Virus record (IMG/VR): IMGVR_UViG_3300027977_000007
Direction: 5' to 3' (one strand)
DNA: 64,000 nucleotides
DNA from: a virus
Shown here piece after piece: positions 30,592 to 39,427 of this stretch. Position 1 is the stretch's first letter; every line of letters starts with the position of its first letter. The position numbers were made by a program, and so were the translations under genes. The notes below the pieces were generated by a model. That model was not told the DNA's origin. It saw only the letters and a list, made by a program, of their open reading frames with translations, and did not search any database.

Positions 30592-31546
30592 TACATTAGC
30601 TCAAGTATCAGTCCCGACCAATAAAATGGTTTAGAGTTGTTAACGCAACAAAGGTATTGGTACAATAACAATAAATTAAAAAGTTAATAAACATGACACA
30701 AAAAATGATGGCACCTAATGTGCCAACGGCAAATATTGCTGTAAACAAATCTCGTATTAAATTATACGACAAGAATGTAGAAGTACCAACTTACTACTTG
30801 AAAAAAGGCCAAGAATTTCAAATTGAATTGGCAAACATGACTACCGATGTAGTCTTAGCAAAAATAATACTTAATGGTAAATCTTTATCTCAAGGTGGTC
30901 TGGTATTAAACCCAGGTCAGAGAGTCTTCTTGGACAGATACTTAGACGTAGCCAAAAAGTTCTTATTTGATACGTATGATGTGTCAAATACACAAGAAGT
31001 TAAAGATGCTATTAGAGATAATGGTGATATTAAGGTAGAATTCTATCGAGAAAATATCAACACCTATCAATCACCAATCGTTATTAGACCACTTGATTAC
31101 ACTTATCATCCTGATATTATAAGATATAATACTTATACATCAAATACTTATTGTGCCTCACAACCAGTGTTTGGTCGACCAAACACTAATGATAACACCA
31201 CACTAACAAGTACCTTAGGGGGTTATTCGTCTGGTCAGATTTTAACTTCGGCTTTATCAGCTAATAACTCACCACTTAGAGGGGTGTCAAAATCACTTGA
31301 AACTGGACGAGTTGAAAAGGGTTCTGACTCCAATCAAGAATTAACATCGGTTAATAAATCATTCTATTATCTACCATTCCATACGGTAACGTATAAACTA
31401 TTACCAATATCGCAAAAGATTAATACCCTTGAGGATATTAATGTAAAAAGATATTGCACATCTTGCGGTGCTAAGGTCGGTAAAACTGATAGGTTTTGCA
31501 GTCAGTGTGGGGCCAAAGCGTAAATAAAATAACTTGAGTTAATGTA
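30592..31546 (+). repeat. 15-bp inverted repeat flanking the zinc-ribbon gene
   Basis: TACATTAGCTCAAGT (30592-30606) vs ACTTGAGTTAATGTA (31532-31546): 14 Watson-Crick pairs plus one G-U. Confidence 0.85.
30693..31523 (+). CDS. hypothetical protein with C-terminal zinc ribbon
   Basis: C-terminal YCTSCG...FCSQCG; beta-rich N-terminal domain. Confidence 0.75.
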   Translation: MTQKMMAPNVPTANIAVNKSRIKLYDKNVEVPTYYLKKGQEFQIELANMTTDVVLAKIILNGKSLSQGGLVLNPGQRVFLDRYLDVAKKFLFDTYDVSNTQEVKDAIRDNGDIKVEFYRENINTYQSPIVIRPLDYTYHPDIIRYNTYTSNTYCASQPVFGRPNTNDNTTLTSTLGGYSSGQILTSALSANNSPLRGVSKSLETGRVEKGSDSNQELTSVNKSFYYLPFHTVTYKLLPISQKINTLEDINVKRYCTSCGAKVGKTDRFCSQCGAKA

Positions 31547-31547
31547 T

Positions 31548-31576
31548 AAAAAAAAGGAGCATAATGCTCCTTTTTT
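31548..31576. terminator. bidirectional rho-independent terminator
   Basis: A8-GGAGCA-TAA-TGCTCC-T6 between convergent genes. Confidence 0.85.
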
Positions 31577-32060
31577 ATTTGCTTATAATTTGTTGTATGT
31601 CATCAAAACTAACTGAATCATTTATATACCAGAATCTATCAGCATCTCTAAAAGTATCTTCACCATCAAAACCATTTCCTAAGATATAATTAGATGACCT
31701 AAATAAATACAAATCTTGACTATTATTATCCTTATGGTGCCATGCTATGTCAGTAATCTCATCTAGGGCTTTATTAAATGTTTCTTCATTATTAAAACCG
31801 TAACCACTTAAACCCCACTCTGGGTCAGAATTCCACATTCCACTAACAGGGTCTTCTTTTGGTTCACTTTCTAAATACACACCTTTAGATTTTCTTTCTT
31901 CATAATCAGCCATTGCTTCCTCATAGGTATCGTACCAAGCTTGCATATGTCCACTAAAATTACGTTCTATATCATTTTCTGGTGAATCAGTCCAACGTAA
32001 AAATAGCATCGTATCCTTATTTAAACCCTCTCTTAATAGCTTTCTTATAAGAACTTTCAT
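31575..32060 (-). CDS. acidic hypothetical protein with IRKLLREGL tag
   Basis: MKVLIRKLLREGLN. Confidence 0.7.
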   Translation of the reverse strand: MKVLIRKLLREGLNKDTMLFLRWTDSPENDIERNFSGHMQAWYDTYEEAMADYEERKSKGVYLESEPKEDPVSGMWNSDPEWGLSGYGFNNEETFNKALDEITDIAWHHKDNNSQDLYLFRSSNYILGNGFDGEDTFRDADRFWYINDSVSFDDIQQIISK

Positions 32061-32234
32061 TTTTTATACTTAATAATATTATCTTTATTTGAATTTTTAT
32101 CAAATTCATCTTTATCTATAAATTCCCACATATTATTTTCAGCCTTTCTTTTATAGTATAAATTAGAACCATCAATATCTCTAATTTGATATTCAAATTT
32201 GGATTCAACTAATAAACCCTCTCTTAATAGCTTT
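32022..32234. repeat. 22-bp exact direct repeat encoding the tag in two adjacent genes
   Basis: TAAACCCTCTCTTAATAGCTTT at 32022-32043 and 32213-32234. Confidence 0.85.
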
Positions 32235-32251
32235 TTTATATGTTCTTTCAT
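32057..32251 (-). CDS. small protein with IKKLLREGL tag
   Basis: MKEHIKKLLREGLL; ATATTTAT (32263-32256) lies 4 nt before the ATG. Confidence 0.65.
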   Translation of the reverse strand: MKEHIKKLLREGLLVESKFEYQIRDIDGSNLYYKRKAENNMWEFIDKDEFDKNSNKDNIIKYKK

Positions 32252-32309
32252 ACTAATAAATATGTTGAACCTTTAGATAAATTATCTTCAGCCCATAATT
32301 ATTAAACGC

Positions 32310-33902
32310 TTACATTATCAATTCGTACTTAAATAAACCACAATCCCATATTCTATCATAACCTAATTCGCTAGTCAATTCTTTCTCCGTTTTATTAAAA
32401 TCCATATTAGGGTATTTTTTCCTTATAGCGTTTTTACCAAAACCAAATTTGTGAAATCGTTTATGTTTATCTACTTTTGAATTATAATAGCAATAATTGG
32501 GTTTAACCAAACCAACTAGTTTAAACCCAATATTTGTGTAAAGGTTGTTATTTACATCAAGCGTCCAACGCCTATCAGCAAAACTAATTATATTTTTAGG
32601 TGAATAATCGTTTATAAATTGTTTTATGAATTTAGATGCCAACCCACTAATAATATAATTTTGCTTTGTTGCATATCTAGTTAATTCATATTCACCATCG
32701 TTAGTTTTTGTCATGTTACGCTTATTTGAAAAAGTCATTACACCTACTAATTCATTATTATAATAAGCCCCATAATTTATTGTTGAGTTATCATTACCTT
32801 GGATATGGTTTTCTTTTAAAAATAACCCTTTTTCTTTCCCGTTAATTATCTTGACCTTAACGTTTCTACCACCTATTTTAATACCATCATTTATTTTTAA
32901 TATGTGCTTTAATTTATTTTTAACTAATTCCTTATTAAGAACCCATTCATCCTCAAAAATATGTATTAATTTAATACCTATTTTCTCACAAGCCATTGTT
33001 TTATCTAAATGATAAGTAGAGTTTTTACCCATTTTTTCGGTGTGATAATATAATCCATTATATTCTATACCTAATTTAATTTTAGGTATTATTAAATCTA
33101 TCTCTTTACCGTTCAATAGTTTTCTATTTTTGCTCTTCTCAACACTAAAACCTAATTCTTCAATAAACTTTTTTATTTCAATTTCACCCTTTGATGTCCA
33201 GCTTGGTTTCATATTAATATTAGTTATTTTTATATTGTTTCTAAAAATAACAGACGATGATTCAGATATTAATTTATTATTAGGAAATAATAATTTATAG
33301 TCATTACTACTAATATTGTGTTTAGTTTTTAAATGTGTATTTGATATAAGTTTCATTTTTTTTCCACATAAATTACAAACAACATAATTTTTTTCGTCAA
33401 GGAATAACTCTTCTCTTTCTTTATTTTTTATTGTGGTTTTAAATATGTGTTCTATATTTATTTCTTTATCCTTTTCAACAATATCAAAATATACCTCAAA
33501 CCATTTTTTATTATTAACTAATTCATATTTTTTTCGTTGATAAGTGTTAGACGGAATTTTAATATCACCATAGGTATTTAAAATATGTCTAGTTAATGTC
33601 CCAGATAAATTATTTGGGTCATCAAACTCTATTTTTGTTTTTTTACAAATGGCAACTAATTTTTTATTGGAATTATTTATTGAATACAGTTTAGTGTTAG
33701 ATTTTTCAATATCATGACTATTACCAATTTTAACTTGCCCACCCTTTTTATTAATCGCTATAGAATGCTCAGTTAAAATTAATCTAATCCTATCATTACC
33801 AACTTTAAATAATTCACCAAGTTTATGTATACTAACTTTATCTTCTTCATATAATAAAATAATTTTTTTTATATCTTCTTCTGTTAGATTTGTTTTTGCC
33901 AT
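32310..33902 (-). CDS. Hef-like free-standing homing endonuclease (HTH + Zn finger + Vsr/DUF559-like nuclease + GNAT-like C-domain)
   Basis: CNLC...HLKTKH; EIDLIIP...GIEYNGLYYH...LIHIFEDEW; ELVGVMTF...YELTRY...SFADRR...RIWDCG. Start moved to MAKTN (33902) because a promoter overlaps the track start. Confidence 0.7.
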   Translation of the reverse strand: MAKTNLTEEDIKKIILLYEEDKVSIHKLGELFKVGNDRIRLILTEHSIAINKKGGQVKIGNSHDIEKSNTKLYSINNSNKKLVAICKKTKIEFDDPNNLSGTLTRHILNTYGDIKIPSNTYQRKKYELVNNKKWFEVYFDIVEKDKEINIEHIFKTTIKNKEREELFLDEKNYVVCNLCGKKMKLISNTHLKTKHNISSNDYKLLFPNNKLISESSSVIFRNNIKITNINMKPSWTSKGEIEIKKFIEELGFSVEKSKNRKLLNGKEIDLIIPKIKLGIEYNGLYYHTEKMGKNSTYHLDKTMACEKIGIKLIHIFEDEWVLNKELVKNKLKHILKINDGIKIGGRNVKVKIINGKEKGLFLKENHIQGNDNSTINYGAYYNNELVGVMTFSNKRNMTKTNDGEYELTRYATKQNYIISGLASKFIKQFINDYSPKNIISFADRRWTLDVNNNLYTNIGFKLVGLVKPNYCYYNSKVDKHKRFHKFGFGKNAIRKKYPNMDFNKTEKELTSELGYDRIWDCGLFKYELIM

Positions 33903-33917
33903 ATTTTTTATTTTATA

Positions 33918-33948
33918 CAAAGATACCAAATTAAAACCATAACGTCAA
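33918..33948 (-). promoter_or_regulatory. Bacteroidota-type promoter TTG-N20-TATCTTTG
   Basis: + strand CAAAGATA at 33918-25 and CAA at 33946-48. Confidence 0.75.
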
Positions 33949-34001
33949 GTTTCAATCCGTTTAATTTTAATCCAAATATATTTTAAATATGCTTAAAAAC
34001 A

Positions 34002-34030
34002 AAAAAGCCATACAAAAATGTATGGCTTTT
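34002..34030 (-). terminator. terminator downstream of the major capsid gene
   Basis: AAAAGCCATACA-N4-TGTATGGCTTTT hairpin with U-tract on the minus strand. Confidence 0.85.
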
Positions 34031-34051
34031 AAGTTATTGATTTACAATAAA

Positions 34052-35944
34052 TTATCTCAATTCAGCAACGTTAAACGTTGGTACACCATCTACACGGATA
34101 GCTCCGTAAAAGCGGTTATTTACCATTTTTTTAGCGTAACGTGTCATGATACCCTTAACTGGGGCAAAGTTAAACGGATTGTACATAGTTGGTGTAAGTT
34201 GCAAAGGCACGTATGGTGCGTAGATGTAACCTGTATCCAACAATGATTTACCTTTGTGACCGATGATGATTGAGTATGCTGGTGCATAAGGGTCACGGTA
34301 CACTTGGTAACGTCCGCTTAATGTACCGATTCTCTCAATACCCATGTTGTATTGGTCTTGCTCAGGGTTAGCATCACTTACGTGGAAGTATTCCAAATCA
34401 TCAAATATCGCTGAAATTTCAGAAGATACTACGATAATGTTAGCACCACCACGAAGAGTTGACTTGTGGATTTGAGCACTAGTTTGGTTTACTCTTGTGA
34501 TAAGAGTTTGATTCCAGTCTTTTTGTGTGTAAGGACTTGCAGCAGAAGAAGCTCTTCTCCAACCGTTATAATCCCAACGTAATTGCCATGCAGAACCTGT
34601 ACGCAAATCTCTAAGGATTTCACGGTCAATTTCAGCAGCAACTTGTTCTGACAACATAGCTGTCAATTCAGCTTCAGCATCAATGTTGTGGAATGCACTA
34701 ACGTCTTGAGCCAATTCTGGTGACCATGTTGCACGTAATTTACGTTCTTCAACACTTACTACTACTTCGTCAAGTCTAAATGAAACTTCACCAAGTTCTG
34801 TTTCCAATTCAAGAGAAGCGTATTCAGCCCATCCAAAAACAAGACCAGCAGTAGTTGTAATCGCTGATACAGTTGTTGCAGAAGCACCAACATAACCATC
34901 ATAAGTTTCAGTACCAGCTACGGCAACACCGCTTGCAGTGGTACCAACTGGGTGACGTAAGTCAACCTCAACATACATTACATTACTAGAATTCGCTGCA
35001 CCAGTTTTTGTACCTTGAACGATAGCCTTACCGTATTGTTGTGTAACTACACGGAATGGCACCTTACTACCACCAACAACAATTTTATTACCATCACTAT
35101 CTAAGATAGCATTAGTAGTAACACATTGTAATGAAGCCAAGAATGACTCAGTATCCATGTTGTTACCGTCTGGGCCAGTCAATACTCCACGGCCATTAGT
35201 ACCAGCACCACCACTGAAACCAGACATTGTTAAAAGAACAGTTCTAACTGAACCATCAGTTGCTCTTGGGAAAGAAGCTGATGGGGTCAATACTGTAAAA
35301 GTACCGTCAGAATTTAAAATGTTAGCGTTTGCATTAGTAATCGCATAGGTTTTCATTGTAAGAGTACCTTTAGAGTTATCGAACAAACCATCATCATAGA
35401 ATGCATCATACAAGTTTTTAGCTTGCATTTGAGTCAACTTAACACCGTTAGTAGAAACGATAGCTGGAACAGCAGCAGAAGTTGCAGAACCATCATGCTC
35501 ACCGTTAAGACCAGTGTGTGCTGAGTATTGTGTTCCATAAGTGGCATCAGTTGATGATACACCATTGTAGTTGCTACCAGCAACAGCTGGGTTAGCACCG
35601 TTAACACGGCTAGATGTTTGTGGAACGAAGTAGAACAATTTACCAATTGGCATGTTCATAGCTTGAACCGATACGATATCATTCGCTAATAATTTAGAGA
35701 AAACTCTACGTACAATTGGGAATACAACTGTTTCGAAAGAACCAGATGATGTCGCTGTTGTGCTTTCGCTCAACAATTGAGAAGCTTGGTTCTCATACAA
35801 TTGTGCAACGTTTTCTTTAACGTGGCCTTTTAGACCTTCTAGGAAGCCTAAGCTTTCCCATTTTGCTTGGGTTTCTTGACGGATAGCCTTCATGTGGTTC
35901 AATCCGATGTTACCAACTTGTCCAGATGTTAATAAATGTGACAT
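34052..35944 (-). CDS. gp23: major capsid protein (T4 gp23-like)
   Basis: PIVRRV...IVSVQAM..P.G, RKLRATWSPELAQD...H.IDAEAEL, YAPYVPL, P.KGIMTRY. Confidence 0.95.
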   Translation of the reverse strand: MSHLLTSGQVGNIGLNHMKAIRQETQAKWESLGFLEGLKGHVKENVAQLYENQASQLLSESTTATSSGSFETVVFPIVRRVFSKLLANDIVSVQAMNMPIGKLFYFVPQTSSRVNGANPAVAGSNYNGVSSTDATYGTQYSAHTGLNGEHDGSATSAAVPAIVSTNGVKLTQMQAKNLYDAFYDDGLFDNSKGTLTMKTYAITNANANILNSDGTFTVLTPSASFPRATDGSVRTVLLTMSGFSGGAGTNGRGVLTGPDGNNMDTESFLASLQCVTTNAILDSDGNKIVVGGSKVPFRVVTQQYGKAIVQGTKTGAANSSNVMYVEVDLRHPVGTTASGVAVAGTETYDGYVGASATTVSAITTTAGLVFGWAEYASLELETELGEVSFRLDEVVVSVEERKLRATWSPELAQDVSAFHNIDAEAELTAMLSEQVAAEIDREILRDLRTGSAWQLRWDYNGWRRASSAASPYTQKDWNQTLITRVNQTSAQIHKSTLRGGANIIVVSSEISAIFDDLEYFHVSDANPEQDQYNMGIERIGTLSGRYQVYRDPYAPAYSIIIGHKGKSLLDTGYIYAPYVPLQLTPTMYNPFNFAPVKGIMTRYAKKMVNNRFYGAIRVDGVPTFNVAELR

Positions 35945-35972
35945 ATTTGTTTAGTTTTATTTTTTGGTTATT

Positions 35973-37202
35973 TTATTTTTGTTCAACTCTACTAATTAAA
36001 TCAAGGATTCTTTTAGTAGAAGGGTCAACATAAGCAGTCGATTCGTTTAGTTGTTTTGAATTACTTGTGCTGGCCTCTTTGATTATTTTATTTTCTACTA
36101 CTTCACGAACGGTTTCTCTTTTTTCCAATTCACTAGCAATAGTTCTGTACAATCTTTTTGACTCTTTAAGGTTAGTAACACCAGTATCAAATCTCTTGAT
36201 AATGTTTTGTTTCTCAGCCTTGGTAGTCGAATGCTCCATAAACAATCTTGTTACATATGTAAGATTGCTATTGAAGATAACTGTTTCTACAAGCTTGGTT
36301 CTAAATTCTTTTAAGCCATCTCTGAACATTTCGTTCTCAACCTTTAATTTTTTAGCTTCACTTAATAGGGTATTATATTTGTTTGCTGTTTCGGTAAGTA
36401 ATTTCTTTGTAGCGATACTTTCGTCAATTTTTGACTTAGGGTTTTCAGGAGCACCGATTGATTTAGGTCCTTGGCCACGGTGAGTACCTACACTCATACC
36501 TACACCAACACCAATTTTTTCGTCAAGCGTTTCTTCTTCTTCCTCTTCATCACCCATTTCTTCATCACCCATTTCTTCATCACCCATTTCTTCATCATCA
36601 CCTTCGATATCATCAACAGGTACGAAGTCACTTGATTCTTCTTCATCATCAAGTTCAATCTCGTATTCCATATCGTCATCGTCAGATGCTGGTAGACCAG
36701 ATGCTGGCAAACCAATGTCAGATGTCTTAACAATATATTCACCTGGTTCTGAAATGTTTAAACGTATTTCATCACCAACGATATTGATTTCATCTTCACC
36801 GCTTAATTTTTTGTAAATTGCAATAACTTCATCGTCTGATGCAGCTGTCATGTCCAATTCATCTGATGATTCAAAATCATCCATTCCGTTTTCGTATGAG
36901 TCTTCATCATCAGATGATGCCATAGACATATCGCCTAATTCATCACCCAAGTCATCACCCATATCATCGATTGACATGTCATCTTTAGTTATTTCTTCAG
37001 AAGTCATTGTGTCATCATCTTCGATGTCAACATCAACGCCTTCTTCTTCATAAGCCTCTCTAGCTAATGATTCTTTCACAACCCCATCAATTTCTTCTTT
37101 AGCAATGCTACGAAGTATTTCTTTCGTGTTGGCATCAAGAGCATTTTGAATACTTTTAATATCCAATAATGCTTCCTCAAGTATATTTTTTTTCTCTGCC
37201 AT
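35973..37202 (-). CDS. prohead core/scaffold protein (gp22-like position)
   Basis: Very acidic middle, coiled-coil C-terminus, lies between protease and capsid genes. Confidence 0.7.
   Translation of the reverse strand: MAEKKNILEEALLDIKSIQNALDANTKEILRSIAKEEIDGVVKESLAREAYEEEGVDVDIEDDDTMTSEEITKDDMSIDDMGDDLGDELGDMSMASSDDEDSYENGMDDFESSDELDMTAASDDEVIAIYKKLSGEDEINIVGDEIRLNISEPGEYIVKTSDIGLPASGLPASDDDDMEYEIELDDEEESSDFVPVDDIEGDDEEMGDEEMGDEEMGDEEEEEETLDEKIGVGVGMSVGTHRGQGPKSIGAPENPKSKIDESIATKKLLTETANKYNTLLSEAKKLKVENEMFRDGLKEFRTKLVETVIFNSNLTYVTRLFMEHSTTKAEKQNIIKRFDTGVTNLKESKRLYRTIASELEKRETVREVVENKIIKEASTSNSKQLNESTAYVDPSTKRILDLISRVEQK
36546..36597. repeat. 15-bp tandem repeat, about 3.5 copies (EEMGD)
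   Basis: TTCATCACCCATTTC repeated in frame within the scaffold gene. Confidence 0.9.
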
Positions 37203-37223
37203 TGTGTTTTATTTGTTTAGTAG

Positions 37224-37265
37224 ATAAATATGATTTAGTTATTCATCTTATTTGATAATAAATAT
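37224..37265 (-). promoter_or_regulatory. two tandem putative late promoters ATATTTAT for the scaffold-capsid operon
   Basis: + strand ATAAATAT at 37224-31 and 37258-65. Confidence 0.6.
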
Positions 37266-37319
37266 ATCTAGTTTTCAAAAAAGACATTTATATAAAAAAA
37301 AAAATGATAAAAATTTGCA

Positions 37320-38039
37320 TTATAATAAAAATTTATTTAAATCATCGATTAAATTTTCTTTTATAACATTTTTAGTGGTGGTAACGCTCTCAACGTAAGG
37401 CTTAGCTTCTTCAACATTTTTAAATATCCATGCATCTGGTGTTGATGGTGCGGTAACTATATCCCAACAAATTATCTCGAAATCTTCTTGGACTATTTGT
37501 TCACCGTTCTTACCTTCTTTTAGCGAACCTACACCTCTAGATGAAACACCTATCTTAATTCTATTTCTTAATAGGTTAGCAACTTCATCACCCTTGGTTG
37601 AAACGATACCATAATTAATAAAGCCTGGAGTCATTAGGATTTCCATCTTACCCATTAGTGTATGACCTTCCCACCATGTTTCAATAATATTGTGAGATAT
37701 TCTATCGATAGAAATAACTGAACTTTCTGGGTGGTCACATTCACCTACAGCACCTCTAGATTTAATTAATTCTTGATATAGTTCATTTTGTTTTCTTAGA
37801 ATGTGTTCTGGGTAAACCCTACCATTTCGGTTTAAGATACCGTATTTTTGTAGTATAACATATACAACTAGAGGTTCACCGATAATTACCTTACCAGTTT
37901 CTAGTTTTTTCATTTCGTTAATGAATGGTAAATTTCTAGGCTCATCAGGACTAATGTAACCAGCGTCTTGTTCGATGAGGAATCCAAAACCACTTTGACC
38001 ACGCTTGATAACCTTAATATCGTTATAATTTATTTCCAT
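37320..38039 (-). CDS. gp21: prohead protease (T4 gp21-like)
   Basis: NRNGRVYP, GECDHP, SHNI, GVSSRGVGSL, WDIVTAPSTPDA; ATATTTAT at 38064-38057. Confidence 0.93.
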   Translation of the reverse strand: MEINYNDIKVIKRGQSGFGFLIEQDAGYISPDEPRNLPFINEMKKLETGKVIIGEPLVVYVILQKYGILNRNGRVYPEHILRKQNELYQELIKSRGAVGECDHPESSVISIDRISHNIIETWWEGHTLMGKMEILMTPGFINYGIVSTKGDEVANLLRNRIKIGVSSRGVGSLKEGKNGEQIVQEDFEIICWDIVTAPSTPDAWIFKNVEEAKPYVESVTTTKNVIKENLIDDLNKFLL

Positions 38040-38074
38040 AACATTAGCTTATAGATATAAATATAGTGGATAAT

Positions 38075-38103
38075 AAAAAAGGCCCTATTTTTGGTAGGGC
38101 CTT
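38075..38103 (-). terminator. rho-independent terminator
   Basis: AAGGCCCTA-loop-TAGGGCCTT with A6 on the + strand (U6 on minus). Confidence 0.8.
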
Positions 38104-38109
38104 ATTAAT

Positions 38110-38550
38110 TTACTTTTTTCTTTTATGATAAGAAAATGCGTCATCGCATTCAAATACCTTATCAATGATGTGTTGAGTTATATCTTCTAATTGATTTTTT
38201 ACTGAATCTAAGGTTTCACCAATCTCTTCATAAACAAATATGGTTATCTCACAATTCATAAAGCTACGCTTACCAAACTTGATTCCAGATTCTCTAATAT
38301 CAAAATCAACAATCGTTCTATCCTTGATAAATATTTCATTTTTACTAACAAAACGATTATATATAACTTGCTTAATTTTCTTATGATTATTTCTAATGAT
38401 TCTTTGGTAGTTTTCTTCAGAATTATTCCTTGGGTCCACCCATGCTGAAATATTAATGAAAACAGCTTTTGGATGTTTATTATTTATACTACCAAATATA
38501 ACATTATATTCGTTAAATTTATTTATCTTAAGTTCTTTTCCTGTTTTCAT
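38110..38550 (-). CDS. hypothetical protein
   Basis: 146-aa ORF with its own host-type promoter (TATACTTG at 38574-38567, TTG 20 nt upstream) and terminator. Confidence 0.7.
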   Translation of the reverse strand: MKTGKELKINKFNEYNVIFGSINNKHPKAVFINISAWVDPRNNSEENYQRIIRNNHKKIKQVIYNRFVSKNEIFIKDRTIVDFDIRESGIKFGKRSFMNCEITIFVYEEIGETLDSVKNQLEDITQHIIDKVFECDDAFSYHKRKK

Positions 38551-38602
38551 TTTTAAATATTTTATACAAGTATAACAAAAAAAAATGAAAGCGTCAAGTT
38601 AT

Positions 38603-39382
38603 TTAATCTAAATTAGACTTTAATTCTACTAATTTTGAAATATTTTTTGAAAAATTTTCATCAATTGCTTGAACTGTATTTAACAATTTATCCTTAACTT
38701 GTAATAGCTTATCTTTAGCGTTTAAATCAGCGGTACTAAGCTTCTCATTTATCAAATCAATGCATTCTCTAACCAGCTGAGAGTAAATCTCTTTTTTCTC
38801 CAATTCATTTGAAGATATAAGAACCTTAAGAATCTTCTTTTCCGATTCAGATAATGATTCATATTTTTCATTGTATTTAGTAATCATTAGATTGGAAATT
38901 ACACTATTTGGTAGACCGATTTGTTCAATAATAACCCTTGGTTTATTATTTAAGATATACTTAATAACTTTATCCGTTGATTCAACAATAGTATTAATAT
39001 TATTTGAAGCTTTTTTGGTAAAGATAAGCTTTGAAATATTTTCATATAAGTCATTTGTTTCATCAACAATATCCCAAGTAATTAGATTAGCCAACTTGGT
39101 ATTTGCCTCTAATATATCCTTTATTTTATACTTAGCCATTAAGTCAATATTTTCTTTTACAAATAATAAAGCCTTACCAGCATCAGTTTCACAGGTATTT
39201 TCAAGGTTATTATAAACCATAAATTGAGTGCGAAGAATTTCGTTTTCTTTTATGGTTTTTAAATAAGTTTTAAATACATTATTTTTACCATTATCTTTAA
39301 TAATGATATTTTCAGCTAAGATATTATTAAAGTTATCTTTAATCTTACCAAAATTTTTTACTATGCTTGCTATATTTGACAT
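38603..39382 (-). CDS. hypothetical head-assembly-region protein
   Basis: 259 aa, helical, between portal and protease; ATATTTAT at 39406-39399. Confidence 0.65.
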   Translation of the reverse strand: MSNIASIVKNFGKIKDNFNNILAENIIIKDNGKNNVFKTYLKTIKENEILRTQFMVYNNLENTCETDAGKALLFVKENIDLMAKYKIKDILEANTKLANLITWDIVDETNDLYENISKLIFTKKASNNINTIVESTDKVIKYILNNKPRVIIEQIGLPNSVISNLMITKYNEKYESLSESEKKILKVLISSNELEKKEIYSQLVRECIDLINEKLSTADLNAKDKLLQVKDKLLNTVQAIDENFSKNISKLVELKSNLD

Positions 39383-39427
39383 TTTGTGTGTTTAATTAAT
39401 AAATATCTTATACATGATAAAGAATTA

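Noticed and set aside
30592-31546. Flanking inverted repeat as the ends of an IS/MITE or as retron arms
   Set aside because: No transposase, target-site duplication or reverse transcriptase is visible; kept instead as an RNA end-pairing hypothesis.
36546-36597. 15-bp tandem repeats as a CRISPR-like or regulatory array
   Set aside because: They are in-frame, spacerless repeats encoding acidic EEMGD low-complexity sequence in the scaffold protein.
37294-37304. Another long poly-A run as a recoding site
   Set aside because: It is intergenic, between the protease stop and the scaffold promoters, and joins no reading frames.
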